Of a stretch of DNA of 64,000 nucleotides, positions 9,063-19,221 are shown one piece after another. The stretch's first letter is position 1. Each line of letters begins with the position of its first letter. A program made the position numbers and the translations under genes. A model generated the notes under the pieces. The model had not been told where the DNA came from. It made no database searches and was given only the letters and a program-made list of their open reading frames with translations. This DNA comes from an uncultured Alphaproteobacteria bacterium (GTDB lineage Bacteria; Pseudomonadota; Alphaproteobacteria; CAAHEQ01; UBA3637): assembly GCA_937888725.1 (NCBI GenBank), contig CALARE010000005.1, positions 2,884 through 66,883 on the forward strand, in the 5' to 3' direction.

Positions 9063-9965
9063 CTAAAATTTTCTAACTGTTATTTTTTTTATGTCGCTAT
9101 ACCAATTATTTTTTTCTTTTGTAGAAAGCTTTTTCTTATACATAAATTGAGCGATACAAAAGCCCTTATTTACAGGGAAAATATATCCAATTATGTTGAC
9201 TTTTTTATCGTATATGGCACTTTCATATAATCTTGTTGTATTTGTTTTTGAAATGGTGTCCATATCAGCATTGCTTCTACGATAGGTGGATGCCATCCAT
9301 TCATTTATTTTGTTAAAATGTGCAGAATCTTGTTTTTCTGTATATGTACATGTTAAATCAAGTGTTTTAGACCACTTTCCAGAACGATAATTTTCATTTT
9401 TTAATGCATAAGCGACATGAATTGCAGATTCTTTTTTTTCTACTAATGCTACTCTCCAAAGATTTTTATCAATTGGGGTAATAATATTTGAAAGGATATT
9501 TTCTTTTTCAGTTTCAGACACAACCCATTCACTTTCTTGCTCAGATTTTAAAGCATCGATTTTTTTTTGATAATTTTTACTTTCTTTTTTAGGCATCAAG
9601 TCGAGGCCTTTTTGATGATACAATAATGCTTTTTCAGAATTGTTTTGCATTTTATAAAATTCGGCGAGTAAGGTATAAGCTTTCCATTCATTTGGAAAAT
9701 TTTCAATCGCTTTTAGATATGTTTCCTCGCCCTTTTGTGGCTCATCATTTAAGACATATGCTAAACCAAGCATGCACCATGAATTGTATAATTTGGGATC
9801 AAAATTAATTGAATGTTCAAAAGCATATACAGCATTTTGATATTCTTTTTTCTTATAGGCTGCCATACCCGCATTGTATGCCTTCATTCCCTCTGGATTT
9901 GCATGGCATGGGAGTGAGAGAAGAAAAAAAGCACCTAAAAATAATGCGAGGGATGTTCTTTTCAT
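9063..9965 (-). CDS. Tetratricopeptide-repeat protein, secreted/periplasmic
   Basis: Signal peptide MKRTSLALFLGAFFLLSLPCHA. TPR-like repeats (YQNAVYAFEHSINFDP, WCMLGLAYVL, AYTLLAEFYKMQNNSEKALLYHQKGLDL). Confidence 0.65.
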   Translation of the reverse strand: MKRTSLALFLGAFFLLSLPCHANPEGMKAYNAGMAAYKKKEYQNAVYAFEHSINFDPKLYNSWCMLGLAYVLNDEPQKGEETYLKAIENFPNEWKAYTLLAEFYKMQNNSEKALLYHQKGLDLMPKKESKNYQKKIDALKSEQESEWVVSETEKENILSNIITPIDKNLWRVALVEKKESAIHVAYALKNENYRSGKWSKTLDLTCTYTEKQDSAHFNKINEWMASTYRRSNADMDTISKTNTTRLYESAIYDKKVNIIGYIFPVNKGFCIAQFMYKKKLSTKEKNNWYSDIKKITVRKF

Positions 9966-9968
9966 GGA

Positions 9969-10580
9969 TTACCTCTTTTTAGTTTGTTTACCCTTTTTAG
10001 TTGTTGCATCAAGTCGATTTTGAACTTTTTCGATAACCTCAAAAAGTTCCTCTGGCGAATTTGCAAAGCCAATAAAATCAACCTTATCTTGATTAAGAGT
10101 CCCCTCTTGAAGCATATTAAAAATCAATTCACCAAATGGTGCCCAAAAATTATTAAAATTTAAGAAAATAAGAGGTTTTTTCTTGATTTCACCTGTTTGA
10201 ATTAAAACTGAAAAATTTGAAAATTCATCAAGTGTGCCCCATCCACCAGGACCAACTAAAATGACTTCTCCCAAATCCATCATTTTAAATTTTCGTTCAT
10301 TTAATGAATCAACAACTTCAATTTCACCCTTTGAAAACAAAGCAGGATCTTTGCACTGTAAATCAAGTAATTTTTGTGTCGTGATGCCTTTTACTTTTCC
10401 ATTTTTATTTCTAATGCCTTGAAAAGCAGCACCCATCATTCCTTCATCACCGATGCCATAAACCATCGTTATTTTATTTTCAGCAAGTATCTCGCCGATT
10501 CTTCTCATTGGCTCTCTATAAACAGCAGAAATGCTTGGTGCAGCACCAGCCCAAACAGTTATATATTTGTATTTTTTCAT
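9969..10580 (-). CDS. LOG-family (TIGR00730-type) Rossmann-fold nucleotide-binding protein
   Basis: PGGWGTLDEF motif (LOG family PGGxGTxxE), with a GGG-type N-terminal region VYGIGDEGMMGA. Confidence 0.75.
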   Translation of the reverse strand: MKKYKYITVWAGAAPSISAVYREPMRRIGEILAENKITMVYGIGDEGMMGAAFQGIRNKNGKVKGITTQKLLDLQCKDPALFSKGEIEVVDSLNERKFKMMDLGEVILVGPGGWGTLDEFSNFSVLIQTGEIKKKPLIFLNFNNFWAPFGELIFNMLQEGTLNQDKVDFIGFANSPEELFEVIEKVQNRLDATTKKGKQTKKR

Positions 10581-10642
10581 AACTCACCTATTTTTTTGTC
10601 CCAATATATAAATCTATTATACTTGCTTTTTTGGAAACTGCA

Positions 10643-10679
10643 ATAAAAAAAACAGATAGAAAATTCTATCTGTTTTTGT
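10643..10679 (-). terminator. Rho-independent terminator after the pilin-like gene
   Basis: Hairpin ACAGATAG-aaaatt-CTATCTGT flanked by A and T runs. Confidence 0.6.
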
Positions 10680-10683
10680 AAGG

Positions 10684-11085
10684 TTATTTTAAAGCTTTCC
10701 CAAATTTTAAGACGATATCGCATTTGTACCCCGTCCCATCAATCGTAACAGATGTTTTGTTTTGTTTATATGCTGTTGCTTGTGCTTTAAAGGCGGAGAA
10801 AAAACGAGGCTCATTAAATCCTTGAAGACAGACATTCCCCGCATCATCCATACGCATTTCAATGCCACTTGTCTTATCCATACCAGCGGCAGCCAAATTA
10901 ACAAAAGATCTACCGCCAACCCCCTTGGCTGAAAATTTTGTAGCGTAATCTAAGATATTATTAATACGGATACGTTGGTTTGCCATACTAAAACCCGCAA
11001 CCCCACCAATTGATAAAATACCAATAATTGAAAGTACAGCGAGCATTTCGACCATGGAACGACCTGTTTGTGTATTTTTACTCAT
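10684..11085 (-). CDS. Prepilin-type N-terminal cleavage/methylation domain protein (type IV pilin/pseudopilin-like), paralog 1
   Basis: N-terminus MSKNTQTG|RSMVEMLAVLSIIGILSIGGVAGF: a Gly, Glu at +5, then a hydrophobic helix. C-terminal Cys pair. AGGAGG RBS. Confidence 0.8.
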   Translation of the reverse strand: MSKNTQTGRSMVEMLAVLSIIGILSIGGVAGFSMANQRIRINNILDYATKFSAKGVGGRSFVNLAAAGMDKTSGIEMRMDDAGNVCLQGFNEPRFFSAFKAQATAYKQNKTSVTIDGTGYKCDIVLKFGKALK

Positions 11086-11100
11086 TTTTTAGTCCTCCTT

Positions 11101-13728
11101 TTAATCTTTAATTGCACCACAACAATGTTTATATTTTTTACCTGATCCACAAGGGCAAGGTGCATTGCGTGATATCTGCCCTTCTGGTGTTGAAAAAGGA
11201 TTTTCTGTGGTTGGATTGACAGGATGTGGATGACTTTCTTTAATCTCATCTACAGGTTTTGTCTGTACTTGAAACTGCATTTGACAAATCAGCTCTGTTA
11301 CTTTTTCACGAACCTTATTTAACAATGACTCAAAAAGAATAAAAGCTTCTCTTTTATATTCGTTAAGAGGGTTGCGTTGTCCATAAGCTCTTAAATTGAT
11401 AGCTGTTTTCATAAAATCAAGTGTTTGTAAATGCTCTTTCCAAAGTTGGTCAATTGTTTGAATTAAAATACTTTTTTCCAAATTATTGCGAATATCATCG
11501 GGTAAGATAGCCATTTTTGAATCGATTTCTTTTTGAATAATCGTATTTAATCGTTCAATCATTGTTTCAGGCAAAATACCAAGTTCGTTTACCCAAGAAT
11601 GAAAAGGAACATCAACAGCAAATTTCTTTAAAACTGCTTCATGAAGTTGTGCAGGATTCCAATCTGATGGATTTGAACGCTCAGGAGCTAAATCATAAAT
11701 CAGATTTTGAATAGTGTCCAATCTCATATCACTTAATGTGTCAGAAACTGATTGGGCAAGCATTAATTCACGTCTTTGCTCATAGATAGCTTTTCGTTGA
11801 TCATTCATGACATCGTCAAATTTTAACAAATTTTTACGAATATCAAAATGGTAAGTTTCAACCTTTTTTTGTGCAACCGCAAGTGCTTTAGTGATATAGT
11901 TATGCGTGATTGGTTCGCCCTTCTTTAGTCCTAATCTGGTTAAAATATTTTGAATGCGATTAGCTCCAAAAATACGCATCAAATCATCTTCAAGTGAAAC
12001 ATAGAATTTTGATAACCCAGGGTCGCCTTGTCTACCAGAACGACCACGCAATTGGTTGTCAATTCGGCGACTTTCATGGCGTTCTGAACCGAGGACAAAA
12101 AGGCCACCAGCCGCCAAAACTTGCTCTTTCTTTTTTTGGACATCTTCTTTTATTTGTTTTAAAAGGAGGTCTTTATCTGCTGTTGGATTTTTTTCTAATG
12201 CTTCTTGAAAAAGCATTTCAACATTGCCGCCTAATTGAATATCGGTTCCACGACCAGCCATATTTGTTGCAATGGTAACAGCCCCTGGTGCACCAGCTTG
12301 TGCAATGATTTTTGCCTCTTGTTCGTGGTGACGTGCGTTAAGAACATTAAAAGGGATATCTGTTGCTTTTTTCATTAAATCAGCAAGAATTTCTGATTTT
12401 TCAATTGAGCCTGTCCCGATTAAAATAGGTTGCCCTTTTTTATGAGCTTCCTTCACATCAGCAATGATAGCGTCATATTTTTCTTCAGCTGTACGATAAA
12501 TGAGGTCATTTTCATCTTTTCTTTGAGGCGTTTTATTCGTTGGAATTTCAATAACTTGCAAATGATATATATCATCAAACTCGCCCGCTTCTGTCATTGC
12601 TGTACCTGTCATACCAGCTAATTTAGGGTACATTCTAAAATAGTTTTGGAATGTAATGGAAGCAAGTGTTTGATTTTCAGGTTGAATTTCAACACCCTCT
12701 TTAGCTTCAATTGCTTGATGTAACCCATCAGAATAACGTCGCCCATGCATCATTCGTCCAGTAAACTCATCAATAATAATAACCTGCCCATCTTTTACGA
12801 TATAATCTTTATCTCTTGTAAATAATGTATTCGCACGCAAAGCTTGGTCAATATGGTGGACGAAGGCAATATTATGTGTATCATAGAGTGAGCCTTGAAT
12901 CAAATTAGAATCAGCAAGTAACCCCTCAACATATTCAGAACCAAGTTCAGTTAATGATACGTTTTTATGTTTTTCATCCTTTTCATAGTGTTCTGGCTTG
13001 ATGGATTTCATTAATTTATCAATGGCAATATATCTTTCGGATGAATTTTCGGCTGGACCTGAAATAATAAGAGGTGTTCTGGCCTCATCGATTAAGATAG
13101 AATCGACTTCATCAACAATGGCATAATAAAAAGGACGTTGCACCATTTCTTTGATTTCAAAACGCATATTATCTCTTAAATAATCAAACCCAAGTTCGTT
13201 ATTTGTCGCATAGGTAATATCAGCGTTATAGGCGGCTCTACGGTCAGTTGTTGACATGTCATGCACAATACAACCAACACTTAATCCTAAAAAGCGGTAT
13301 ATTTGTCCCATCCACTCGCTATCACGTTTTGCCAAATAGTCGTTCACCGTTACAACGTGAACGCCTTTGCCTGTTAAAGCATTTAAGTAAACAGGCATTG
13401 TTGCGACCAAAGTTTTCCCTTCACCAGTTCGCATTTCTGCAATTTGGCCATTGTTTAAAATAATACCACCCAATAATTGCACATCGAAAGGGCGTAACCC
13501 TAAAACACGTTTAGAAGCTTCTCTGACGCTTGCAAATGCTTCTGGTAAAATACTTTCTAAGCTTTCTCCATTTTGAATGCGTGTTTTGTATTCATCAGTT
13601 TTACTTTTAAGTTGCTCATCACTTAAAAGTTCATATTGAGCCTCAAGCTCGTTGATTTTATTGATGGTTTTTTTGAATTTTTTTAAATATCTGTCATTGG
13701 CAGAACCGAAAATACTTTTTAAAAACAT
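11101..13728 (-). CDS. secA: Preprotein translocase ATPase SecA
   Basis: Typical SecA N-terminus [29 protein letters not shown] Walker [20 protein letters not shown], and the C-terminal zinc motif [15 protein letters not shown] moved the start to the ATG at 13728 (AGGAAG RBS); the track ORF extends to 13770. Confidence 0.97.
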   Translation of the reverse strand: MFLKSIFGSANDRYLKKFKKTINKINELEAQYELLSDEQLKSKTDEYKTRIQNGESLESILPEAFASVREASKRVLGLRPFDVQLLGGIILNNGQIAEMRTGEGKTLVATMPVYLNALTGKGVHVVTVNDYLAKRDSEWMGQIYRFLGLSVGCIVHDMSTTDRRAAYNADITYATNNELGFDYLRDNMRFEIKEMVQRPFYYAIVDEVDSILIDEARTPLIISGPAENSSERYIAIDKLMKSIKPEHYEKDEKHKNVSLTELGSEYVEGLLADSNLIQGSLYDTHNIAFVHHIDQALRANTLFTRDKDYIVKDGQVIIIDEFTGRMMHGRRYSDGLHQAIEAKEGVEIQPENQTLASITFQNYFRMYPKLAGMTGTAMTEAGEFDDIYHLQVIEIPTNKTPQRKDENDLIYRTAEEKYDAIIADVKEAHKKGQPILIGTGSIEKSEILADLMKKATDIPFNVLNARHHEQEAKIIAQAGAPGAVTIATNMAGRGTDIQLGGNVEMLFQEALEKNPTADKDLLLKQIKEDVQKKKEQVLAAGGLFVLGSERHESRRIDNQLRGRSGRQGDPGLSKFYVSLEDDLMRIFGANRIQNILTRLGLKKGEPITHNYITKALAVAQKKVETYHFDIRKNLLKFDDVMNDQRKAIYEQRRELMLAQSVSDTLSDMRLDTIQNLIYDLAPERSNPSDWNPAQLHEAVLKKFAVDVPFHSWVNELGILPETMIERLNTIIQKEIDSKMAILPDDIRNNLEKSILIQTIDQLWKEHLQTLDFMKTAINLRAYGQRNPLNEYKREAFILFESLLNKVREKVTELICQMQFQVQTKPVDEIKESHPHPVNPTTENPFSTPEGQISRNAPCPCGSGKKYKHCCGAIKD

Positions 13729-13836
13729 AATCTTCCTTTCATTGCTCTGAATGATTTTTAAATAATCCATTTTTATGCTAAAGTCAAGGATTTCTTATCT
13801 TATTATAATCGATTGATTTTGATGTGTTTGTTTAGA

Positions 13837-14628
13837 TTATTTTTCTTGTGATAAAGCGAATTGGATTTTTAGAATATCCTTACCAATTTGTGGAAGTGGG
13901 TCCATCGCTAAAATGGGTGTTTGCGTACGGATAGCTTCTCTTGCAAAAGAATCTAAATGAAGGATTCCCGCTAAAGCAGGTGTAAGATTTAAGAATGATT
14001 GGCAAGCTTTTGAAAGTGTATAATAAGTGTGTTCTCCTTCTGTTAATGTGTTTGCCATATTTATCAATATTTGAATATTGGGTATAATGGTTCCGCTTGT
14101 CATAATTTTGATAAATGCATATGCATCTGCAAGAGCTGTGGGTGTATCTGTTGTAACAATTAATAAATTATTGGCAATTGATGCCATCATTGATGTTGAT
14201 TTTAATATACCAGATCCAAGATCTATAATAACTCTATCATAATGTTGAGCTAAAATTTTAATGTCATCACATAAAAGTTGTAATCTGCTTTCATCAAGTC
14301 CTGCGAGCGTTTGACTACCCGAATGTCCAGCTAATACATCACAGTGAATAGTTTCATCATGTGTGATTGCATTATTAATAGGTATATTATGGCAAAGAAC
14401 AGTCGCCAAATCTTTTGTTGTTGCAAGTCCGAGTTGGATATCGATATTTGACAACCCTAAATCCCCATCGATAAGGAGAACTTTTTCACCTTTAAGAGCA
14501 AAAGCATGTGCGAGAGAAATAGCGATAAATGTTTTTCCAACGCCTCCTTTGCCTGAAGCGATAGCAATAATATTTTTCCCATTTAAATTGTGTGTCTGGA
14601 TTTGGTTTTGTTTATTTGTTTCAATCAT
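13837..14628 (-). CDS. flhG: MinD/ParA-family ATPase, FlhG (YlxH)-like flagellar number regulator
   Basis: Deviant Walker A SGKGGVGKT followed by LLIDGDLGLSNIDIQLG. Located directly downstream of flhF. Confidence 0.75.
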   Translation of the reverse strand: MIETNKQNQIQTHNLNGKNIIAIASGKGGVGKTFIAISLAHAFALKGEKVLLIDGDLGLSNIDIQLGLATTKDLATVLCHNIPINNAITHDETIHCDVLAGHSGSQTLAGLDESRLQLLCDDIKILAQHYDRVIIDLGSGILKSTSMMASIANNLLIVTTDTPTALADAYAFIKIMTSGTIIPNIQILINMANTLTEGEHTYYTLSKACQSFLNLTPALAGILHLDSFAREAIRTQTPILAMDPLPQIGKDILKIQFALSQEK

Positions 14629-14643
14629 TATAGACGGTGCTCC

Positions 14644-15597
14644 TTAAAAAATGGGTGAGGTAAAAAGTTTTGTTAAATTTTCAGCGGTTGCTTCAATAGG
14701 CGGTTCAACAATTTTGTCAGACAAACAAAAACCAGCACAATAAAGTTGGTTGAATAATAATGTTTGTAATAGATTATAATATTTGATTGAACAATCAAGT
14801 TGTGTTGCAATTAACAAGTTGCAACCACTTTTTGTGAATAATGCACCTTGAGCAACCGATTCTTGTGGATCAAGACCAGCAGGCATGGTTAAAACAAATT
14901 CTGCATCGCTGAGCTGTTGTCTCATGTTTTTTAATAGATCTAATTCTTTTTCTTTATAAGGGTTGATACTGGGTGTATCAACTAGAATATAGTCGGCAGA
15001 TAACCTTAATAATGTAAGTGTTTCATTGAGATCTTTTGTGTTTTTGACAACGGTACATGGAACTTTTAATATATCAGCAAATGTTTGCATATCTGAAAGA
15101 GCACCACTTTTTTTTGTGTCAAGTGTTACAAGAGCTAATTTTAAACCTTCTTTTTTTGCTTGTAATGCCATTTTTTTGAGAGTAAGTGTTTTGCCAGACC
15201 CCGCATTTCCAATAAAAACATAAATGGTGTTAGAAATAATGGGGTATATTGGTTTAAAATGGAACAATTCTGCAAAGACAAAATCCAATAATTTGCTGTC
15301 GGGTATTTTTGTTGTTTTTTTTAATGATGTTTGAACAATTCGTTCAATAAAAGAATCGGGTAATTCGTGTGTTTTTAAAAGCGTTTGAAAATAAAGTTTT
15401 CTTGATTTTTTTCTTTCATCGTTTAAGGTGTTGAATAAATCATCTTCTGAAATATTTTCTTCTGTTGCAACGATAAGTTTTACACCATTTGATGATGTGC
15501 GAGTTGTTGATATAATAACAGCATTGTCACCATAAATTGAACGAATTTCTTCAATTGCTTGTGGTATATTGGGTGCAAAAAATGTTTTTAGTTTCAC
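14644..15597 (-). CDS. flhF: Flagellar biosynthesis GTPase FlhF (short form)
   Basis: N-terminus MKLKTFFAPNIPQAIEEIRSIYGDNAVIIS matches the conserved FlhF start. SRP-type G domain GNAGSGKTLT ... DTPSINP. GTG start overlapping the upstream stop (GTGA). Confidence 0.8.
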   Translation of the reverse strand: MKLKTFFAPNIPQAIEEIRSIYGDNAVIISTTRTSSNGVKLIVATEENISEDDLFNTLNDERKKSRKLYFQTLLKTHELPDSFIERIVQTSLKKTTKIPDSKLLDFVFAELFHFKPIYPIISNTIYVFIGNAGSGKTLTLKKMALQAKKEGLKLALVTLDTKKSGALSDMQTFADILKVPCTVVKNTKDLNETLTLLRLSADYILVDTPSINPYKEKELDLLKNMRQQLSDAEFVLTMPAGLDPQESVAQGALFTKSGCNLLIATQLDCSIKYYNLLQTLLFNQLYCAGFCLSDKIVEPPIEATAENLTKLFTSPIF

Positions 15598-16916
15598 TTT
15601 TTCCTCTTATATTTTTTATCAATTAAGATACGTGCCTTTTTTAATATAAAAAATTGTGCTTGGTCAATTTCTTTTATTTTTTTTGTTTGAGCTAGGTCGA
15701 GCATTTTTAAGAAATTTCCCCATTGTTTGGGATGCATATTTTTTGCAAAAATAGAACGTGTGTCATTATTTGCACCCAAAAGTGCTTTTGTTAAAATATG
15801 CTCGGGTGTTTTTTTGATTATATAACAAATATCACTATCATTCCAATAGGCAAAATCATCAAAACAAACAATTTGCCTTGATAGGACTTCAGCTGTTTTT
15901 TGTGAGTGGTTTTCAAGAGCTGATATAAGTTTTTTTCTTTCAATGCTTGGCATTAAGCTTAAAATGGCTGAAGCTTTTTGCCACCCGTAATAAAAAATTT
16001 GAGGTTGAATATTTAAAAAATGATTTTCCAATTTTGTTTCAATTGTTTTAATGCGTGTTCTTGAAAGAGATTTTAAGGCTGTTAGGCGAAAAAGTGTTAA
16101 TCCTGAGAGATTTTCTGGCAATAAATTAAGTATTTCAGCTGATTTTTCTTCCGATAAATTATAAAGAATAATGGCGATAGATTGGGGAGATTGTGTTTTT
16201 AAATATGATACAATTATATCAGCGGGTATTTGATTGAGTGTTTTCCAAATATCTTTTTGATATGATGTTAAATTTTGATTTTTCAGAATTTGAATTGCTT
16301 GTTGATGTGGCAGTGTTGGTTGCAAGGGATAATTATCAAATGGACTTAAGGCAGGAGCTGTAACTTCATTTAAAAAATTAGATAACGCATTTTTTTTATC
16401 TTCATTTGAAATCTCACCCAAACAAGAAATGAGTTGATGCAACAAAGTAACTTCTTTTGCGGTAAAGCGTTTAAACAATTTTTTTATAGATCGTGCATTC
16501 AAACAAGTGAGAATAATAGCCGCTTGTTGTGGCGGGGAAAAGAGGTTTTTTTCGCTATCCGAAGGTGGCATTGATAAATATCGTCTAATTATTTTTAATG
16601 TCAATTCGGGGGTTGTATTTGTCAACTGTTGTGCTTTTTTTAAAAATTGATGTAATTCTTCTCTTGTATTTTGATTTTCGCAAAGCAAATCAGCCTGTTG
16701 AAATAGCTCGTCATAAATCTGTTTTAGCTTAATGTTTCCTAACTGTTTTGAAATAAAAAAAACAATTAAAACAAATATAGGAACAAGACATATCGCATAA
16801 TTAAAAGGCATAATATCAACATTTAGGATGACATGAGATACTGTAAAGTAAAACATCCCTGTGATTGCCACAAGAAAAGGTATGAAAAAAACAATCTGTG
16901 ACCAAACTTTTACCAT
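15594..16916 (-). CDS. Membrane-anchored FliG-like protein
   Basis: Two N-terminal TM helices within aa 1-56. FliG-like segments follow: QQAAIILTCLNARSIKKLFKRFTAKEV (FliG-N-like), SPQSIAIILYNLSEEKSAEILNLLPENL (EHPQ-region-like) and IVCFDDFAYWNDSDICYIIKKTPEHILTKALLGANNDTRSIFAKNM (FliG-C MFxF / ALKGA-like). Confidence 0.6.
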   Translation of the reverse strand: MVKVWSQIVFFIPFLVAITGMFYFTVSHVILNVDIMPFNYAICLVPIFVLIVFFISKQLGNIKLKQIYDELFQQADLLCENQNTREELHQFLKKAQQLTNTTPELTLKIIRRYLSMPPSDSEKNLFSPPQQAAIILTCLNARSIKKLFKRFTAKEVTLLHQLISCLGEISNEDKKNALSNFLNEVTAPALSPFDNYPLQPTLPHQQAIQILKNQNLTSYQKDIWKTLNQIPADIIVSYLKTQSPQSIAIILYNLSEEKSAEILNLLPENLSGLTLFRLTALKSLSRTRIKTIETKLENHFLNIQPQIFYYGWQKASAILSLMPSIERKKLISALENHSQKTAEVLSRQIVCFDDFAYWNDSDICYIIKKTPEHILTKALLGANNDTRSIFAKNMHPKQWGNFLKMLDLAQTKKIKEIDQAQFFILKKARILIDKKYKRKK

Positions 16917-17008
16917 TTTTTTTGATATACCCAGCTGTTTTTATATAAGTATAAGTTTGCCACAAAAAAGTGAAAAAAAAGTTAATAAAACAGGTTTTTT
17001 ATTGAAAA

Positions 17009-17317
17009 TCACTCTCTTTTGAGCGTGATTGTTTGAATAATTTGACCACTTTGCGGTTCAATGACTAAAATTTTATTTTTCTGATTATCTTGGTTTGTTG
17101 ATATGCAAATGTATTGATGGCAAGAAAAAATATTTGAGATGGTTTCATTTTTATCTAATTGAAGGGTTGTATTTTTTGACTCAGCAAGCACGATTTTATT
17201 TTTATGGTTGCTTTTAAGATGGGTATCTGTTATTTTTGAAATAACAAGGCAAAAACAAGCAATCAAAAGGATTGAAAAAATAAAAACAACAAATTTAGCA
17301 ATTTTAAGAGCGGACAT
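17009..17317 (-). CDS. Small N-terminally anchored hypothetical protein
   Basis: 102 aa from the ATG at 17317 (AAGGAAA RBS). TM segment IAKFVVFIFSILLIACFCLVI. The longer track ORF (to 17698) is antisense to rluD. Confidence 0.45.
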   Translation of the reverse strand: MSALKIAKFVVFIFSILLIACFCLVISKITDTHLKSNHKNKIVLAESKNTTLQLDKNETISNIFSCHQYICISTNQDNQKNKILVIEPQSGQIIQTITLKRE

Positions 17318-17345
17318 AACATTTCCTTTTGCTGAAAGATTAAAA

Positions 17346-18368
17346 ATGAGTGATGAACAATATAACGATGATTTTTTTGTAATGGATGAGATTAAGTATA
17401 CCCAAAATGAGCCTCTTGTCACGAAAAAAGTGGCTAGTGATGAAAAAAATATGCGTTTGGATAAATTTTTGGTTCTTTGTTTTCCAACATATTCACGTGC
17501 AAGGATGATTAAATTTATTGAAACAGATTGTGTTAAGTTTGTTGGGCAAGATAAATATGCAGATAAGGCTGATTTAAAGGTTAAAGAAGGGGATGCATTT
17601 ATCATAACAATGCCTGAAAGTGTGCCCGCAACACCACAGCCTGAAAAAATTGATATTGATATTTTATATGAAGATGCAGATTTGATTGTCGTGAACAAAC
17701 CAGCTGGAATGGTGGTTCATCCAGGTGCGGGTAATTACACGGGTACGCTTGTGAATGCTCTTTTATATCATTGTCGGGAATCGTTATCAGGAATTGGTGG
17801 TGTTTTAAGGCCTGGCATTGTGCATCGAATTGATAAGGATACAAGCGGTGTTCTTGTTGTGGCAAAAAATGATTTTGCTCATACGCATTTGGCTGAGCAA
17901 TTTTCAAAACATACCATTGAGCGTGTCTATCATGCCTTTGTTTGGAATGTGTTAAAAAAGAAGGATGGTATTGTGTCATCATTGATTGGGCGGAGTTCTT
18001 CTAACCGTCAAAAAATGGCAATTGTAACTCAAAATGGGAAACATGCTGTAACGCATTATGAATGTTTGGCAAGCTATCCAAAAGCTCCTGCTTCATATGT
18101 GAAATGCGTTTTAGAAACGGGTAGAACCCATCAAATTAGGGTTCATATGTCTTCATTAGGACATTCCTTAATAGGGGATAGTGTTTATGGAACTGTGCCA
18201 AAAATGGCTGATTCTCGTTTGAGATTTTTCAATCGTCAAGCTTTGCATGCTGGTTTTTTAAGTTTTGTTCATCCAAAAACAAATGAAAGGATATCCTTTT
18301 CAGCTCCATTACCAACAGATATGCAAGCGTTAAAAGATCTTCTTGAAGACGAATTTGTTATAAAATAA
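17346..18368 (+). CDS. rluD: 23S rRNA pseudouridine synthase, RluD/RluA family
   Basis: S4-like MRLDKFLV, catalytic HRIDKDTSGVLVVAK, and GRTHQIRVH. The start is set at MSDEQYN (17346) rather than the track start at 17208. Confidence 0.9.
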   Translation: MSDEQYNDDFFVMDEIKYTQNEPLVTKKVASDEKNMRLDKFLVLCFPTYSRARMIKFIETDCVKFVGQDKYADKADLKVKEGDAFIITMPESVPATPQPEKIDIDILYEDADLIVVNKPAGMVVHPGAGNYTGTLVNALLYHCRESLSGIGGVLRPGIVHRIDKDTSGVLVVAKNDFAHTHLAEQFSKHTIERVYHAFVWNVLKKKDGIVSSLIGRSSSNRQKMAIVTQNGKHAVTHYECLASYPKAPASYVKCVLETGRTHQIRVHMSSLGHSLIGDSVYGTVPKMADSRLRFFNRQALHAGFLSFVHPKTNERISFSAPLPTDMQALKDLLEDEFVIK

Positions 18369-18371
18369 ATG

Positions 18372-18411
18372 CGTGGTGCCAAGGAAGAAACACCACGCAC
18401 GTTTATTTTTA
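18372..18411. terminator. Bidirectional rho-independent terminator
   Basis: GCGTGGTG-ccaaggaagaaa-CACCACGC followed by a T-rich run, between the convergent genes rluD and the OMP gene. Confidence 0.6.
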
Positions 18412-18421
18412 AGTGGGAGTC

Positions 18422-19009
18422 TTAAAAATAATATCTTGCGGTTAATTTAACATCGTGAGAACGCATGTCTTCTTTGCTTTTTCCTGTGAAGCCTGCACGG
18501 GATTTGATGCGTGCTTCTCCAAGATCGGTATATCTATACCCAATATCTAAAGACATACAATCTGTGAACATATGTTCGATACCAGCCCCAACATTCCAAG
18601 CAAAATTGCTCTTTGTTGCACCTTTTGCATCTGGCATATTGTCTGTTTTGTTCCATGCCATACCAAGACCAGCCATACCATAGATATTAAAATTATGATT
18701 CATTGGATATGTTAAGTAGAAGTTAGCAAGAACAGGAATTGACCAAACATCTGTTTTTTTGCTTCTATTAGAACGCATATCAACATTACCCCAGCCACGA
18801 TATCCGACTGTCAAATCTGTACGGAAATAATGATTGATATGATAACCCATACCAACACCTAAGATGCCAGCATCACCATTTGCCTTTTGACCAAAGGAAT
18901 AACCGCCTTCTGCCAAAACATAAGGTTTGCTAAAATCATAAGCGGAGGCGGATGTAGCTGCAAAAAGCATTAATGCTGCGGCAAAGCCTGATAATAAATG
19001 TTTCTTCAT
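18422..19009 (-). CDS. Outer-membrane beta-barrel protein (OmpA-beta/OmpW-like porin family)
   Basis: Signal peptide MKKHLLSGFAAALMLFAATSASA|YD from the ATG at 19009. Alternating amphipathic strands. C-terminal ...KLTARYYF (aromatic terminal residue). Confidence 0.75.
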   Translation of the reverse strand: MKKHLLSGFAAALMLFAATSASAYDFSKPYVLAEGGYSFGQKANGDAGILGVGMGYHINHYFRTDLTVGYRGWGNVDMRSNRSKKTDVWSIPVLANFYLTYPMNHNFNIYGMAGLGMAWNKTDNMPDAKGATKSNFAWNVGAGIEHMFTDCMSLDIGYRYTDLGEARIKSRAGFTGKSKEDMRSHDVKLTARYYF

Positions 19010-19221
19010 TTTAATCTCCTTTCTTAAAATAAACTGAAGCAATTTTACATTAGGTATGAAATAAGGGGTTGTCTAGGTAACTAATTGAATTTTTGTCAAA
19101 AAAAATATATTGATATGTTTATAATTGTTGTTTTTATATGAGAGTATGATGCATTAATTGCTTGTATTTTTAATTATAATATGCTAGCCTTTACCTAGTA
19201 AAATAAAAAAGGAGAGTTTTA

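Noticed and set aside
13729-13770. 14-aa N-terminal extension of secA
   Set aside because: The conserved SecA N-terminus ([12 protein letters not shown]) begins at the ATG at 13728, which has an AGGAAG RBS.
16940-16965. TGGCA element upstream of the FliG-like gene as a sigma-54 promoter
   Set aside because: The -12 GC element is missing at the required spacing (TGGCAAACTTATACT versus TGGCACG-N4-TTGC). The same negative result holds upstream of the pilin-like gene at 20767-20956.
17318-17698. Upstream two-thirds of the 229-aa minus-strand ORF 17009..17698
   Set aside because: This part is antisense to rluD and has no plausible start context. Only the distal 102 aa (17009..17317), with an RBS and a TM anchor, was kept.
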